A DNA stretch of 64,000 nt from assembly GCA_963693365.1 (NCBI GenBank), contig CAVNZM010000011.1, positions 4,596,639-4,660,638 on the forward strand. The letters run 5' to 3'. The position numbers and the translations under genes are program-made. Below the pieces are notes generated by a model, which worked only from the letters and a program-made list of their open reading frames with translations, made no database searches and was not told the DNA's origin. The DNA is from Amoebidium appalachense (taxonomy: Eukaryota; Protista; Ichthyosporea). This document shows, piece by piece, positions 25,118 to 49,609 of this stretch; the first letter of the stretch is position 1; each line of letters starts with the position of its first letter.

Positions 25118-26121
25118 CTGTTAAATGGCACTCCCGGTGCCCTGTTTCGACAGACTTAGTGGTTGCAGACGCAATGCAGCATATTTTCTCTCTTTTTCTA
25201 TTACAGTGTTGCAGACGCAATGCAGCATATTTTTTCTCTTTTTCTATTACATATATATTTTCTTGATCCTAATATCCCCTTTGGACTCACGGTCTTACAC
25301 GGTAGAGCTTGGTTTATGGCTTGCTGCTCGAAAACCATTAAATGGTGATGCCAGAGAGTTAGCCATGCAGAGGCAATACAGCAAATCTGGTTTCTTCCGT
25401 TTCCTAACTCCTCGTATCCCTTTAAGCTGTCACGGGTCTTACATGGGGGAACTTGGTTTATGGCTTGCTGTTGGAAAACTTTTAATAGGAACAAAATCGA
25501 ATGTTTGATCCACAAAAAAAAGGGGCCAAATTGCTGACGGACCGATCCCGAGCTATAAAACTTACGTGCTTCCACTTGGCTTTTCTGCGAGATGCCTACC
25601 GAAACCGGACGGTATCTCTTCTAGTCCCAAAAAGAAAAAAAAAAGAAAGAAAAAGGTGGAAAAAAAAAGAAGAAAAAAGGCACCGTAAAGCCTTGGGTTT
25701 CTGGATTCCTTGCCCTTCCAAAAAGCGCGCCCATATTATTACCATTTGGGAGATGGACACGTGTAAAGCTCAAGAAACGAGAAACGGGCTATGGCTGCTG
25801 AACTACTAAGTTACCTCAGAGGGAAAGGACCAACGGGTGAAAGTGTGTGTGTGTGTGTATGTGTGTGTGTGTGTGGGGGGGGGGGGTTAAAGGGGGAAGG
25901 GGGGGGGGGGGGGGGGGAGGTGGAGTGTGGAAGTGTTCGTGAGGAAGATGTTGGGAGATGCCGAACACCGCGAGGCGTGAGAGACAAAGGCAGCCAATAA
26001 AGAGGAAGGTAAGATACCAGAGAGCCTCCCTTTCCCTATTCCCCCCCACCTGTAACCCGAAAAGAAGCATGTCCATACTAACCCACGAACCCATCCCACA
26101 TACACTGCAACGACACGCGCG

Positions 26122-26382
<261 letters not shown>

Positions 26383-27108
26383 GCGCGTAAATCCCACACT
26401 TGCACAGAAAGGGCCAAAAAAAAACTACCTGAAGCGACTGTGTGTGCTGCTTTCACTCGAGCAAGCACCAGTCTCCTTGTTTGCGGAGGTTGGTGCCGTG
26501 GCTCAACGAGCTGACATGGCCCGGCTGGCCGCCTTTTCGTGACACAAAAACATTCGTCAGTAAGAATCCCAGGAAACAAAATGTTCACCTTACGGTCAAG
26601 GAGTAGACAGATAAGACAAGCACCAACACTGAAGTGAAGATGATAGGTCTCACAAAAGATAAAGATTCGCTAACCCTGCAAAAATCTTGCTTTGGCAACA
26701 AAATCCAGTTTCCAGTTCAGTGAGTAGAGTTGAAGATGCTTTGGCTGACAAGCACAGGCACCCAAGTTGGCTGGCTGCTTTCAACAAGCTGTACTGGCCT
26801 GAGTACCGAGAAGAATAATCTCCGGCCTTTTCTTAGCAATTTTTTTTTTCAACCCACTAACTGAGAGAGGAAACTGTCGTTTTTAAATCAAAAGATTTCG
26901 TAACGACTATTCCTGTCTCAATCACATATCAAACTCTCCACATACTCGCACGATGGGACACAGCTGTAGCGTTCCAATGCAAGCCAGCTTGTGCCAAAGC
27001 CCGGAATGGCTGCTAGCTCACATGCACATGCACCTACACTTTTAGCTACCCGCTCCCGCGACGATGCACAGACACGCTCACACAAGCACGCGCGCGCCCA
27101 CCCCACCA

Positions 27109-27154
<46 letters not shown>

Positions 27155-29424
27155 AAGCACACACACAAGCACACGGACAAGCACACACACACACACAACA
27201 CACAAGCAGATACGCACACACACCCACACACACACACCACCCAAATGCACACGTGTGTGTGCGTACACGCACACGCACAAGCACACACGCACACACGCAA
27301 AAGCACACACCCACACAAGCACGCAAACACCCACGGACACACACGCAGTGGGCAGACACTATGATCCACCCCCACACAAGAACGTGTGCTGCTCCAGAGC
27401 TCACTCTCTTTTGCACAAGCACAAATACAAACCAGCGAATCCCACATATTCGTACAAGTTACAAGCATGCGCACGCCAGAGCAAACTTCAAAACATCTTG
27501 GATGCATGATGCTCACACAAGGGCACAAAAAGCACATCTACAGAATGCAAAGCAAAAAACAGAAACGGGCATACCTGGGTTCGTGTACGTGCCCGACTCC
27601 GGGCTTACAACGCTGCTGTTGAAATTTTGCTCCCTGAAATTTTGCTCCCTACAATATCCAACCATAAACAAACCCACGGCTTTTTAAGAAGCTAGCTGAT
27701 CATAAATCAACAGAGAAATAGCCTCATCTCTTATGCTTGCTCAAACTTCGCAAAATCGTACACACACCTTTCCCTTTGCTACCACTATTTCCAGCCTGTG
27801 TTTTGACAATAACTATGCCAAACACTACAATACAGTTTAAATAAAAAAACAAGCCAGCTATTCTATACAATTGCGTTACTTCATCCCTAAAGAACAAACG
27901 TAAAAAAAAAGCCTAAAGCGCAGTTTACGATAACACAAGCGCTGGCTTTTCGTCACTTTGGAAAGTTGCGGGTTCAACTTTGATAAGTTTCCGATTTTGG
28001 CGGGTCGGGTTGAACCCGCCGGGGGGCATTTTGTCTCGATTTGCACCCCCTCTTGTCTCCTAGACTTAGTCATTAAGGGTGGGGTGCATGGGACATCATA
28101 TTTCAGGTTCTGCACCAAAATTTTTGAAAATAAACAGACTCGCTTGCGACGCTTATCCGAGTAATTATAAACCTACTGCAGAGTAGAAATGTTGGACATA
28201 GTATTTTTATAACGAAAAACACTAAGCTTAATATGGTTACAGGTTGTATTCCTGGCAGACAAAGAGATCAGATCATACAGCTGAGCACGTTCAACTATAG
28301 CTAGTAAAAGAGGCATCATGCGGCAGCCGACAGCCTGTTCAGAACCGAACTTCAGAAAAGCATATATTCGAAAAAAATTCTTGCATTTCAAAATCCTAAG
28401 CTCATCCCGCATCAAGGGGACTTTGTGGTGGCCATCTATCTCGATGCTAATTGGTTGCTCTTGCTTGCAATAGGCTCATTGGTCGTGGCTAATTACTGTT
28501 AGCTACATTTCGAAATTTCATGGTGAGGCATTTTTTTGTGTTACCTTCATGGGCCACGGTGTTTCTAGATGGCCGTGCTTCGTGGCGAATTTCGAAACGT
28601 TTTCTGCCAACACGTTTCAAATTTGTTCATGTTGATTGCCAACATGTTTGCTGCAGCGTAAACCCCCATACTGATAACGGCCTTTTTGAAGTTTATTTAC
28701 CAGGCCTTAATCACCGATCAAATCCTCGCCTGTAGCAACCACGTGCTCCATCCTGCTGGGACCATTTTCAACTTGCTTGATGGTCCAGTTCAATGATAAC
28801 CATGTACACCTTGTGTATGCCAGAAAACCAAATGTAGAGGCAGAAGAAGGAACCAACTGCTCGACATGTTTGAGAACACGACGAACAAGAACCAAAACGA
28901 CATCACATCGAAACATCGCCAAACCAAATACATACAAGGGGCAGCTGTTACACAGGTTCGACAGATGGATTCTTGGTGTGAGAGAATCATCCTTACTTCA
29001 CAAGCAAATTAAACACATCGAAGTCATCAACAATACAAGTGCAAATTTTTTCCCGGATGCTTGTCTTACCAGCAAAAAAGCGGTGTTCTTGCTAAGTTTC
29101 TACTTCAGTTCGTGTAATACATTATGTTTTTATGGCATATATCGTCCACGAGCCCAAAATCACCAGCACACAAGCGCACTCGCAAGCAAAGAACCAAAAT
29201 CTTGGAACCAAGACAACAGCCTTCCAATCTCGACGGAGTGCTGGTAATAACTGGCCTACTGGTAGCTGCTTTAACAGGCATCTATGAAAAAAGGATCAAG
29301 TTTCAAGCATTGGCATACGGAAGGTAATACATATCATGACGGCCCAAAAAAACAAACAAAAAAGAAGTACAATCCGTTGGTGCAAGTGTACATGTATGTA
29401 TCAGTGGGCTCTACTTATGGTGTA

Positions 29425-29503
<79 letters not shown>

Positions 29504-29859
29504 GGGGTGGTGGTGGTGGTGGAGGGGGGGGGGGGAAGAGGGGGTGGTACGTGACTGTGTTGAGGTAGTATCACGGTGTGCATTTGATAATGAACGATGT
29601 GTGCATTTGAAAAATGAACGACTACGATTCTACGTTCAGCAAGTCCTTGTGCTAACATTGCCGTGTGACATTATGCATACAAACGTAGTGTGTGTTTGTG
29701 CGCATACATATGTCAGCAGGTAGTAGTTACACATGTGCGCGTCATGCACCAGATCCCATCTCTCCTCTAGTAATGGACACCAACGGAAAGACTGAGACAT
29801 CCACTGAGTCCTCCAACTTTTCAAAAATTAGCTTTCGTCACTCGCACCATTTCTTCTCA

Positions 29860-38903
<9,044 letters not shown>

Positions 38904-40454
38904 AATTCTTTTCCACTGTATATGCAGGTGCTGACTCCAGCTGCTCTCGTGCGCGCGTTCCAGCATCCCAAATTGGTTCTTAAAAAAAAAAAAAAAAAAA
39001 AAAAAACGAGATGCCACCCTGGATCTCTGGTCTTCTAACTTGGTTCCCTACAGAACTAGCGAATTGCATACCACTGTACGGTCTTAGCTTTAGAAAACCC
39101 TAGATGTGATGGCGTAAGTCGAGGTGAACAGGAATATAGGTGGAAGCCAACGTGACTACTTTGTACGTGATTGCTCCAAACCCAAGATACCAGGCTCTTT
39201 CCGGTATACAGCATATGATGTGGCAATGGCTTTGTATGTTAACCACAACCAAAAGCTGCCGAGTCCACTCACAAAGTTTCACTGTCGGCTTCTAATTACG
39301 CTCTAATACTAAAAGGAATAAAGCCTATGAAAAGATAAAGCCACTAACTGACGTGTCGGGAGAGTGGAAGAAAGAGCCTTTCTTGGCTACATATAGGTCA
39401 ACTCAAAAACTGACTGATCTGCAAGCTGTAAGCTCAGTGTACTTCATGGGTACGGCGAAAAATGATAACAGGTACAATCTCTACTTCGTTAAAAACGCCT
39501 ACTGGTTGGCTTTTTAATTTTATACTGTTTGTCCCCAGCGCTTGTAAAACCAATAAGTGGGAACAAGTCATGAAGCACATAGTGTTGATGTACACCACGA
39601 TCCGAAGCTTTCGTTTGATTGGAGCACCGAACGCAGACATGCCGAATACGTTCCCTGTATCATATCGGTAACACGGGCAACTTGATGATAAATTCCCCCA
39701 TGTACAGCATGGGCTTTTAGGTGAAAAATAGATGGCCATATTACAACTTGCTCATTTTAAGAGTTCTTTTTTGGGCCCGACTTGATTACTTCTGTTATCC
39801 GTGGAAGTTGTGGAATGCCGTGCAAGCACAGCTGCAGATTTGAACAATGGACCAGTGCTCGGTTTCTCTGCCTCATGCATGTTTTCGAATCCGACGTGGT
39901 CCGGGGCTCCGGAGTTTGGGAGCTCCGGGTGTCACGGACAGACGGACCTGCAGTACAGTTGCAAGGTCTCCTGGAAGATAAGGAGGCCTTGCTGTCACTG
40001 TGTGAAACATGATATGCTCTGTTTTCTGGGAATGATGCTTGCAGATCAATACACTGTATCATGTTGACGATATCATCGGTGACACTGTCCAAGTTTACAG
40101 TCTGCATGCCCACGTATGTATGTGTGAGAGCAGTGTGTGTGTGTGTGTGTGCCCGCGGGGCCAATGCAACTGAAACAACCCAGTCACCGTTAGGTTTTAC
40201 ACATTAGCTCCCTGCCAATTCGCTCACTCTACCTCTACAGATGGAAAAATGGCCACACAGACACACGTACAGACGCCGGACGCGCGCCCACACAAACACA
40301 CCATGTGAGCACATACACACGCACACACACACAGGCCGCACAAAGATTATCCGTGACAGGCACCCACACGCACAAGCATATCCGCACACACAGGCAGAGA
40401 CACACGGAGCACACATGCAGACACAAGCACGCGCTCGCATTCATGCGCGTGCGC

Positions 40455-40525
<71 letters not shown>

Positions 40526-41662
40526 ACATACACACACAAAACACTTTTAGGGGACCTTGGCAGCATGCACTGCCTGAGCCTCCCTCTGCCTCCTCACACA
40601 GACCGTAACGCCCACACCGAACCAAAAGTGACACAAGTAAAACACACCGGTACCCCGTAATTCGTTGTGCACCATGAAGGTACACAGATGTCCATGCAAG
40701 CACGCACGCACCCACCGTGCATTATAGCGTGCAAGTGACGAGCCCGCACGTGAAAATAAGGACCCACTGCACCTATAACTAACCAAGTTAATACATCGTC
40801 AACTTTGGTGGCAAGTCTGAGCTTGAACGCTAGCACACAACGCGTACAAATAGCTAGCTATACGTGGCCCTGCACACGCACATGCACATGCACACATGCA
40901 CGCCAGCACAGCTTTGCACACACGCAAACACGTGCATAAGACATCACAGTGGGCCACACACTATGCGGCGGAGCTCACACGTTCTGCGCGCTTGCGGCGG
41001 CTTGCCCGCTCCAACCTTGTGTATTAGGGTTAATTAGACAACCCTTAACGGTGCGTTCTAGACCAATTGATGAGTTCAGAATAGTTGTGACACCAATCAC
41101 ATTAGCCCAAGGTCACGGCAGCCTGTTACCGTTGGTTCAAGAGTGACAATACTGATAACTCCAAAAATAATTTTATGTAAGCCACAGGCGCAGCCAAAGA
41201 CTGTGAAGGACTAAAATGACGTCATGTAACTGCAGACTACAGCAACTCTCGCCAGCTTGATCGAGTCACTCAAAAAGTTCGAGTCGGGCAGCCGGGCTTT
41301 CACTTCGGAACACTTGAAACACCAGTAATGCTGTCTCCCTGACGTGGACGTTAGATCTTTTGGACAAGTTGATGTAATATATAAGGGTTATGGTTTTCCT
41401 GATACATGTAAAACATACAACTCGGTCTTTTTACTGGTGAATGTGTTGTGCACGAGCTAGAACTCCTCCAGAAGCTACCATACATATTATGTATTTGTGC
41501 GCAATCCACTGACTCGGTGATTCTGAGGAAAGGATGTGAACACCTGTTTTGTAGATTTTGTCTGCAGGCATTAAGTTTAACGTACTTTTCATTATCAGCT
41601 TATCTCCCCAGAGACAAACCACTTAGTTGCTGCTTGGCTTGGCCACTTTGGTGCTTTTCAAA

Positions 41663-42655
41663 ATGAGTGGCACGATTGAACGGGAACCTCAAACGACAGC
41701 AGATGCTCAAAGCGCTTCTGCTACCGCTGAAACGGAGAAGGCAAGTGAGCCGAGCAAAGCCGTTGGCTTTTCTTTCATTATAATTTGTGTTACACGCGTT
41801 GGGTAAAGTTTTTTTTGTCGTCTGCTACTAGGTAATCCAGAACTTGACAAACGAAAGTACGGCGTTGCATATTGCACATGTTTTCCGAGCTATTAGCAGG
41901 CGCTCTCTCTCATTACGAATTTCAAGATCTATGCACATCGATTAGGTTTGGTTAGAAGGTGCCTAGCACCTTGTTTTCCTGGTGAATTTTTTTTTTTTTT
42001 TTTTTCATTTCATGTTTTGGGGCTGCTCTTTAAATAATACTACGTGGGGCTGACTCGGTAACGTGCAGAAATGTCGGGGGCGAGGAACCACGGATGCTTC
42101 AACAAGCTTAGCCGCCTTTAGCACAAAGCAGCATGAGGAGGCTTTCAAGCAACAGACAACTGCTGTTGCCGAGCTGGATAGTGAAATAAGCACTCTTCTT
42201 GAGACTGATCAGTCACTGCGCGAGCTTTTGGGAACAGGCGGGGTTGAAAAGCTCACGCATTCAGTTGCCTTACCAACCAAACTTGGTCAATCCATCTCTT
42301 CCCATACCATCCCTTTAGTGTCTCTTACCAGTGGCACACACGTGGCCCATTCTTCGCAAACACCACTCACTACGGAACAAAAGAGCGGAAAACAAGATAT
42401 ACCGGCGAAGAATACGACGGAGGCAGAGTTAGACGACTCCGCTGCGAAGGAATGCACAACGCCAAAACTTGTCAGCCGACGATCGGAGCCTATTCTCCAG
42501 AAGATGGGCGTGCATAGTCTCGACAACAACACCAAGTAAGTTCCGTCTTCTCTAAGGAGCCATTGTGGCACACCGGTGTTCTGAATGTTTCGTGTCATCT
42601 TACCCGGAAGTTATGTTTGTTGTCATGTTTCAGTGAGAATGATTCGCTGAAAAAT

Positions 42656-42686
<31 letters not shown>

Positions 42687-42886
42687 GAGTAGATGGCGCC
42701 AAAACATGCAGGAGACACAATAGTACTCCGTAGTTGGAACTTAGGTCAAACACAAGCAGAAGATACAAATTGGGGAGATCGACTTGTTGCAATGGAGGTG
42801 TGTGGCTGGATCCGGAGGTGCTTTTTATGGGTGGACGGAAAAGCTGGGGAAGCACATGCATTTTTTTTATTTTTTTTATTTATTTT

Positions 42887-42931
<45 letters not shown>

Positions 42932-44926
42932 AAAGTACTTTGAACAGGAAGGGCTGTACCAGGATGAGTTCGACTTTGTGTGGGTGGGTGGGGCTGGAGG
43001 GACGGGGGGATGGGGGAGGGGGGGGGGGGGGGATGAGGGGGAAGGTTGACCTGTCACAATGTCTTTGTGCTCTTATTAATTTCTCCTTATTAGGGGTGGA
43101 GGAGGGAGGGAGGGAGTGGGGGGGGGGGGGGGGGGGGGGGATGAGGGAAGGTTGACATGTGTGTTTTTGTGATCTTCTTAGTTTCTCCTTTTTAGGGGTG
43201 GAGGAGGGAAAGGAGGGGTGAGCGGGGCGGGAGGGGGGGCGGCAACAAAAACGATGGAATCCTGTATGGGGGGGAAGGGGGGATGAGGGGGAAGGTTGAC
43301 GTCGACCTGTGTGTCTTTGTGCTCTTCTTATTTTCTCCTTTTTCGGGGGGGGAGGGGGTTACAAGGTGGGATTTGTTTGTGGGAGGAGGGGGGGGGGGGG
43401 GTTAGGGGGAATGTCTTTGTGCTCTTCTTGCCTTCTCCCTTTTGGGAGTGGGGTGTCCCACAAGCCCAGAAAGTTTTTTTTTTTTTGTTTTGTTTTTTTT
43501 TTTTTGGGGGGGGGGGGGGGGCTGCTCTGAATCAAATCTTACATGTTAAGTTGAATCTTTTTCAGCCTGGGCGGCATTGATATGAGCTATGTATATATCT
43601 GGAAGGGCATCGTATGTTGAGCTGACTTCTCTCATGTGACCTAATATATAGTCTTGAGGTTTAGTTTGGCAACTCTATTTATTACATTGCCCCTTCTCGA
43701 ATTTTCTAGTCTCCCTAGAAATGGAAGCCACCAGTACATTCTTTTTTGCTTCCATACGTGCAAACCATGATTAACCCTGCCTCTCGATATATATTGCAAA
43801 ATCTGTTTTGTGTTGTTTGGTTGTGAATATACACTTTGATGTTCTTTGACGGACGATTTCTAAACCCCCTCTTGATATTTGCAGGAATACAGTTGCAGCA
43901 TTAGGTCATGGGCCCCCACCCCTCCCCAAACCCTACGCGTCGACCGCCCGATCAGGCAGCGGCTCCCACCCCAGCCCTCCCTTGAGTCCCTCCCTTCACC
44001 AAGCAACAACCCCCCCAAACACCCACCTACCAAGCGAAGGGGGACCCCCAGCCATTCCAAAACCATACACATCCACCCAGCCTGGCAGTGCACGTCCATC
44101 CAGCGGTTCGCACGAGCCTCCTCAGAGCCCCCCCGTGAGTCCATCGCCGTTTAGAACAGCGCTCCCCAACATTCTTTCACGGAACGTAGCCGCGATAAAG
44201 TCGACCATGCAGGACGCGATACCTAGTGCGGCTATACAGAGCTCCCTGGCAGCGGCGCTAATTTCAATCTCAAGCGGCACATCAACGCTGTTCACGCCAA
44301 CACAAACCCCGCCTCCTCCTCCCCCTCCTCCTCCTCCCCCTTCCGGATCGATATCCCCAGTCCCGCGCACGTCCTTTGTCAAACTAAGCACGATTTCGTT
44401 CGCCGTGCCTGACGTACACATGCAAAACGTTGTTCCAAACAATAACCACGCCCCTCTTTCTTCCCCCTCCTCCATCACAAGCATGGTTTCCGCTGGTTCT
44501 AGGGGAGCGTCCACTGTAGACCTTTTCCAGAACAACGCCAGCCCATTGGGGTCGCATGATAACACCAGAGTCGACGTCCTTGGGTCCACAACGTCCCTTC
44601 TCACTGACGCTACCCAACAAATATGCCCGGACTCTTCAGAAGTATCTGCACCTGAGTTACAAGAATTATGCAACAAAACACCATCTCTCGCACCTACCAA
44701 CGCAGAAACGCACAACACAGAAACCAACGAAAACGCGACGGGTGAAACTCATTCGGTTTCTTGTTCTCATGATGAGCACACGCCATCACAGATGCCTCGT
44801 CCAAAATTGCCAACATGTATCCCGTGGCCAGAAAATGTGGAGTTTCAAGGCGTGATTAGGGGGTGCGAGATGCGCATTCAAGCACTAAAGCACGAAATAT
44901 CAGTTCTAGAGAACATTTTTAGATGA
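41663..44926 (+). CDS. Hypothetical protein (~528 aa): N-terminal coiled coil, Pro/Ser-rich middle, short helical C-terminal domain
   Basis: Exons 41663-41740 (AAG|gcaagt GC donor), 42069-42535 (AA|gtaagt) and 43885-44926 join in frame (1587 nt). Long non-repetitive ORFs; internal repeat GPPxxPKPY..S(GS)H..PP.SPS occurs twice. Confidence 0.65.
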
Positions 44927-45466
44927 ACAGGATGAAATACTCAAACGTTCACTCCTCGATTTTGTGATATTATTTTGTTTAAATTTTTTACCAGTCAGCA
45001 ACTTCTAAGATAGGCAATGGTTAATCGGTCCTCGATCATGTGATGCTATATTTTATTTTTAACTTTACCAGTAAGCAACGTCTCAGATAGTTCATGGTAA
45101 GTCGAATTCAAGTTGAGGCACACTCAGCGATTGCTGCAGGCAGTCTAATTGATTTGAATCTGATGCATAACTTATCATCCTATGTCCATGTACCTGATAC
45201 AACGCTGAGGGGATTAGCCGAGCAACTACTATTAAACCACACCCATACCTGAAGAGTGGTCCCTGTACCTCGAGTAAACAGCGTAAACCCCCCCCCCCCC
45301 CCCACACACACACACCTCACTCTGACCACAGTGTTTATTTGTTAGGTGCATATCCATATGAACACATCACTCTATCATACTAAGCGACGATGCATGTGAT
45401 GCCCCCCCCCCCCCCCCCCCACCCCCACACACAAAAAAAAAAATGGTGGTGGTGGTGGCGGTGGTG

Positions 45467-45498
<32 letters not shown>

Positions 45499-45609
45499 GG
45501 GGGGGGGGAGGGGAGGGGGGCATGTCTGTGGGTGCAGCCGGAAAATGATTGCCAAAGGGTCGCCCGTGACAAGAACCGTTGAACTGGCTTCCCAATTGCA
45601 GGGGTAAGC

Positions 45610-45649
<40 letters not shown>

Positions 45650-46298
45650 ACCCAACACACACACACACTTTTTGTTTTGCTTTGCTGTTGTTTGTTGTTT
45701 ACGGGCCGGGGGGAAGGGAGGAGGGGGCAGGGGGGAGGTGGGGAGGGAGGTAGGTAGGGGGGGGGGGGGGGGGGAGGGGGGTGGGGGAGGAGGAGGGGGG
45801 GGGGGAGGGGTGTTTCCCATAGCGCATTAATTATGTGTGCTTGCCTTGTCCTTGTTCAGAAATTTTTATTTCAGCGTGGTTTGGATAACAATCAATAAAA
45901 AAATGGATTGTTGTGCATTCTGCTTGGAAGGAAGCCCCGGGTCACACACACTTCAACGCACAGCACACACCAACAAATTTAAATACTGCATATCGTGCTA
46001 CAGAGCACGCTAACGATTACATTGCAGTATAACACGCAAAATACATGTGCGCATACAATACACAGATGCCACACAAGCGTGCAATCGCACAACCAATAAT
46101 CCCGACGTGTATTTTTCTTGCACTCAAATGCGCACCTGCATGCGCAGGCGCGACCACACACACACCGTGCAGCACACATGCGCGCGCAGTGGCACACATT
46201 CTCACGCACGCACGCACACACGCACGCACGCATACATGCAGGCACGCACGCACCCACGCACGAAAGAAACTCGATGGCTTCGCCACATCGTATACACA

Positions 46299-46346
<48 letters not shown>

Positions 46347-46354
46347 CACACGCA

Positions 46355-46385
<31 letters not shown>

Positions 46386-47558
46386 GCACACACGCACGCA
46401 CGCACGTGGGTGTGCACCCCACTGTCATATGATCATGCATCCACCTGCGTACAACATGCACACACCGAAAAAAAATTCTATTTACCGCATTTATAGGTTG
46501 TGCACATGAACTCTGTGTATCGACATCGCTCCCCTTCCCCTCCCCCTTTCCTGGAAATTTTTACCCCCCCCCCTCCCTCCCCCCCCCCCCCCCCCCCCCC
46601 CCTCTCCCAGTAGGCCTAGCGTGGATTCGCATTCATTGTATGCACCTGACCTGAGAAACTTCTTCTGCAGATATATCGCAGTGGATTGAACGTTTAATAA
46701 TGACAGACAACCCCCCCCCCCCCCCCCCCCCCTTGTTATTTTGTGTGGGTAAACGGAGAAGCAGAGTGCACAGATGGGTGTTATGATATACACAACACAC
46801 AGACACACAGGAAAAACACAACCGGAGCGGTGGAACGGTTTCTGAGACGACTTGAAATGTTTTCAACTGCTTGATATTTATTTCAAGATGAAGTCCTTTG
46901 TATACGCAGAGATGGGAGCCGACAAATGCTAAGCCAATCAAAAGAACGAAAACTATGAGGGCAAATAAATCTGCTAAGCCAATCAAAAGGACGAAAACGA
47001 TGAGGTGTAGCAAATAAATCGAAATACCTGTCGACACATAGAAGATAAATCGTAATCTTCTAATGAAAGCACGGAAACATTTACTCAAGCTAAATAAATG
47101 AAACCACTTATATATCTATTAGTTCACAACATATATTTATACATGTTCCTAATATTAAACACGATTAAATATAAGTACTCCTAATAGCTGGGGAACATAG
47201 AGCAATTCTACGTCGTGGGAAAAGAAGGAAAAGGAATGAGGATAGAAAGGAATGGAATGAGAAAGGAATCGAGTGGAATAAAGGAGGAATGTAGGTTTCT
47301 ATATTTGGGGAAATTAAACGAGATCTGATTGGACAACTATCGGACACGAAGCGCACCATGTAAATTTAGTAAAAGACGCAAACAACATTAGATGTAAGTG
47401 GGCCAAGTGGCTCGGTGTGTACACAAATCAACGATATCTGTGCACACGGAAACGGGAAAGAAAGAAAGGAAAAAGGGATAAGGAAACGAACAACAACAAA
47501 CTAATAAACATATGTATAACTCAACTTCTAAGTTCTTGCGTTATCCATGTGTAGATGA

Positions 47559-47637
47559 CAGTTCATTGAAAAGGCGAGCGTGGGGGGGAAAGGGGGGAAG
47601 GAGGGGAGGGGAACGTTTAATAATGACAGACAACCCC

Positions 47638-47679
<42 letters not shown>

Positions 47680-47746
47680 ACCTCCCCTCCCCACCTCCCC
47701 TCCTCCCTCCCCTTCCCCCCCACGCTCGCCTTTTCAATGAACACTG
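47559..47746. mobile_element. Small MITE-like foldback element (~190 bp)
   Basis: Inverted repeat GTTCATTGAAAAGGCGAGCGTGGGGGGGAA / TTCCCCCCCACGCTCGCCTTTTCAATGAAC; right end ...CACTG-TA. Internal gaacgtttaataatgacagacaacccc is repeated at ~46688-46714. Confidence 0.65.
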
Positions 47747-48887
47747 TAGTTTGAAAATAATTCCCCTGTTTGTTTTTTGCTCGCCACATTTTTTTTTTTT
47801 CCTTTCTTTTTTTTCTTTTTTGCACCGATCAATGCTGTTGTGTGCTCTATTTTTTTCGCACCAGTAGTGATACTGCATCTATTGAACCTTGCCCCCCCCC
47901 CCCCCTCCCCCCCTCCCCCCCCCCCTTTTCCCCTCGCCTCCCCCCTCCCCCCTCCCTCCTCCCCTCTCTCGGGTGCTCCTAATGTTCTTTTTCGCTTAGC
48001 TTCGAGTAGCGGGCCCCAGTGAGCCACAAAAACACGATTCTTCGACCACCAACCAAGAGTGGCCCGTGTTTACTTCTCACAAATATATTGACAGCACTAT
48101 TCCTCCCCCTTCCCTTCCCCCCCCCCCCCCCCCCCCCCCCCCCCCACCTTCAGTTTCTCCCCCCTCACCCGTCCCCCACTTTGGTCATCCCCTCCCCCCT
48201 CCCCCCCCACTTTGGTAAAACAATCCCCCCTCCCCCCCTTTTGGTTTTTCTGCCCCACCCACCCCCACCCCCCACCCCACCCCCCTCCCCGGCAACTCAT
48301 TATAATGGATTGACAACGAGAAGCAAACCGTTCAAAACCCGAAGCACAGGGGACTAACACCGACACTTGGGCCTCTTTTTATATAGGTGTGAATCCGGCG
48401 ACAAGACCTAATTATGTACACAGTTCTTGCATATGTACACAACTGTTGCACTGTACATCATGTACACTCGTTTACAAACTCCGGGGTCATAATCAGTGAC
48501 ATTCCTCTAAGTTCATGGTAGCTCAATAGTCTACACGCCGGAGTCTCTTTATATATTACACCATGGCGAGGTATTTCTATACTTGATTTCATATGTATAA
48601 TACTGTGTTGAAATAAACCCTGTAATACCAAGCTCTATCGTTACTTCCTTCCGCGGAGTGTTGCCCGACTCAAAACTGGAAAACACCTGAGCCTCTAACC
48701 ATAAAATATATGTGATAATTTTCCCAATTTTGACTAAATACGATACAGAACATACAGGCATCCAATATTCGCCAGTACAGGCATCCATGTTCACCCTACT
48801 CGTTACAACATGACCATATAATCCCATAGGTTGCTATACTCTTAACCAGCTTGACACTTATACATTTTTAAAGTTGATTTAACGAAT

Positions 48888-49562
48888 TTATGTGATTGAC
48901 TGGTGCCTGTGGGCCACCAAACTATCGCCCTTAGCAACCGCCTGCAGGACTTCCTCGGGGAGATCGGGAATCGACGCCTTTCTGCGATTTCTCTTCCTGA
49001 TCTGATTGGTGAATGTGTTGGGGCGGGGAGATCTATGCATTCTTTCATATAGCCCGCACGCATTGCAGAGTGTCTCCCCTCCGCTTCCGTCCCGGCGCCG
49101 CCACATTGTGGTTTCTGCATTATGACAGGTGTTAGGTTTACTGAGAGCACTTTTGTTTTTCTGCACTTCTGCTCTTTTTTCTATTACAAGTTTGGTGCCT
49201 CTCTCGAGCCCCCTCCGTCCCTCTCTCCATCCATTTATCCATCCATCCCTTTCCCCTCTCCCAACCCTACCAATCCGCGCCCCTCTCCTCCCCCCCCCCC
49301 CCCCGGCCCCACAAACACACACACATTCCACTTCCACCTCCCTCCCTCCGTCCGTGCATTACTACATCCCTTTTTCTTTCCTCCAGCCCCCCTCCCCAAC
49401 TTTCTCTGACTTTTCCTTCTCTCCCTCTCCCTCTCTTTCCCTCTCCCTCTCCCTCTCCCTCTCCCTCCCCCGCGCCACTCCTATTTCTCTGTCCCTTTCT
49501 AACTCCCCCTCTCCCTCTCTCACTGTCCCCCCTCCTCTCTCTCCCTTTTCCCCCCTTCCCCT

Positions 49563-49609
<47 letters not shown>

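Noticed and set aside
28777-29327. Non-repetitive plus-strand ORFs between CK1 and the carrier gene
   Set aside because: No recognisable motif and no consistent exon chain could be built.
39757-40164. 135-aa minus-strand ORF upstream of the carrier gene
   Set aside because: It could be a terminal exon, but no homology or upstream exons were identifiable.
42634-42800. Possible extra exon of the hypothetical plus-strand gene
   Set aside because: The acceptor is good, but all frames stop shortly after a 30-G run, and exon 2 joins exon 3 in frame without it.
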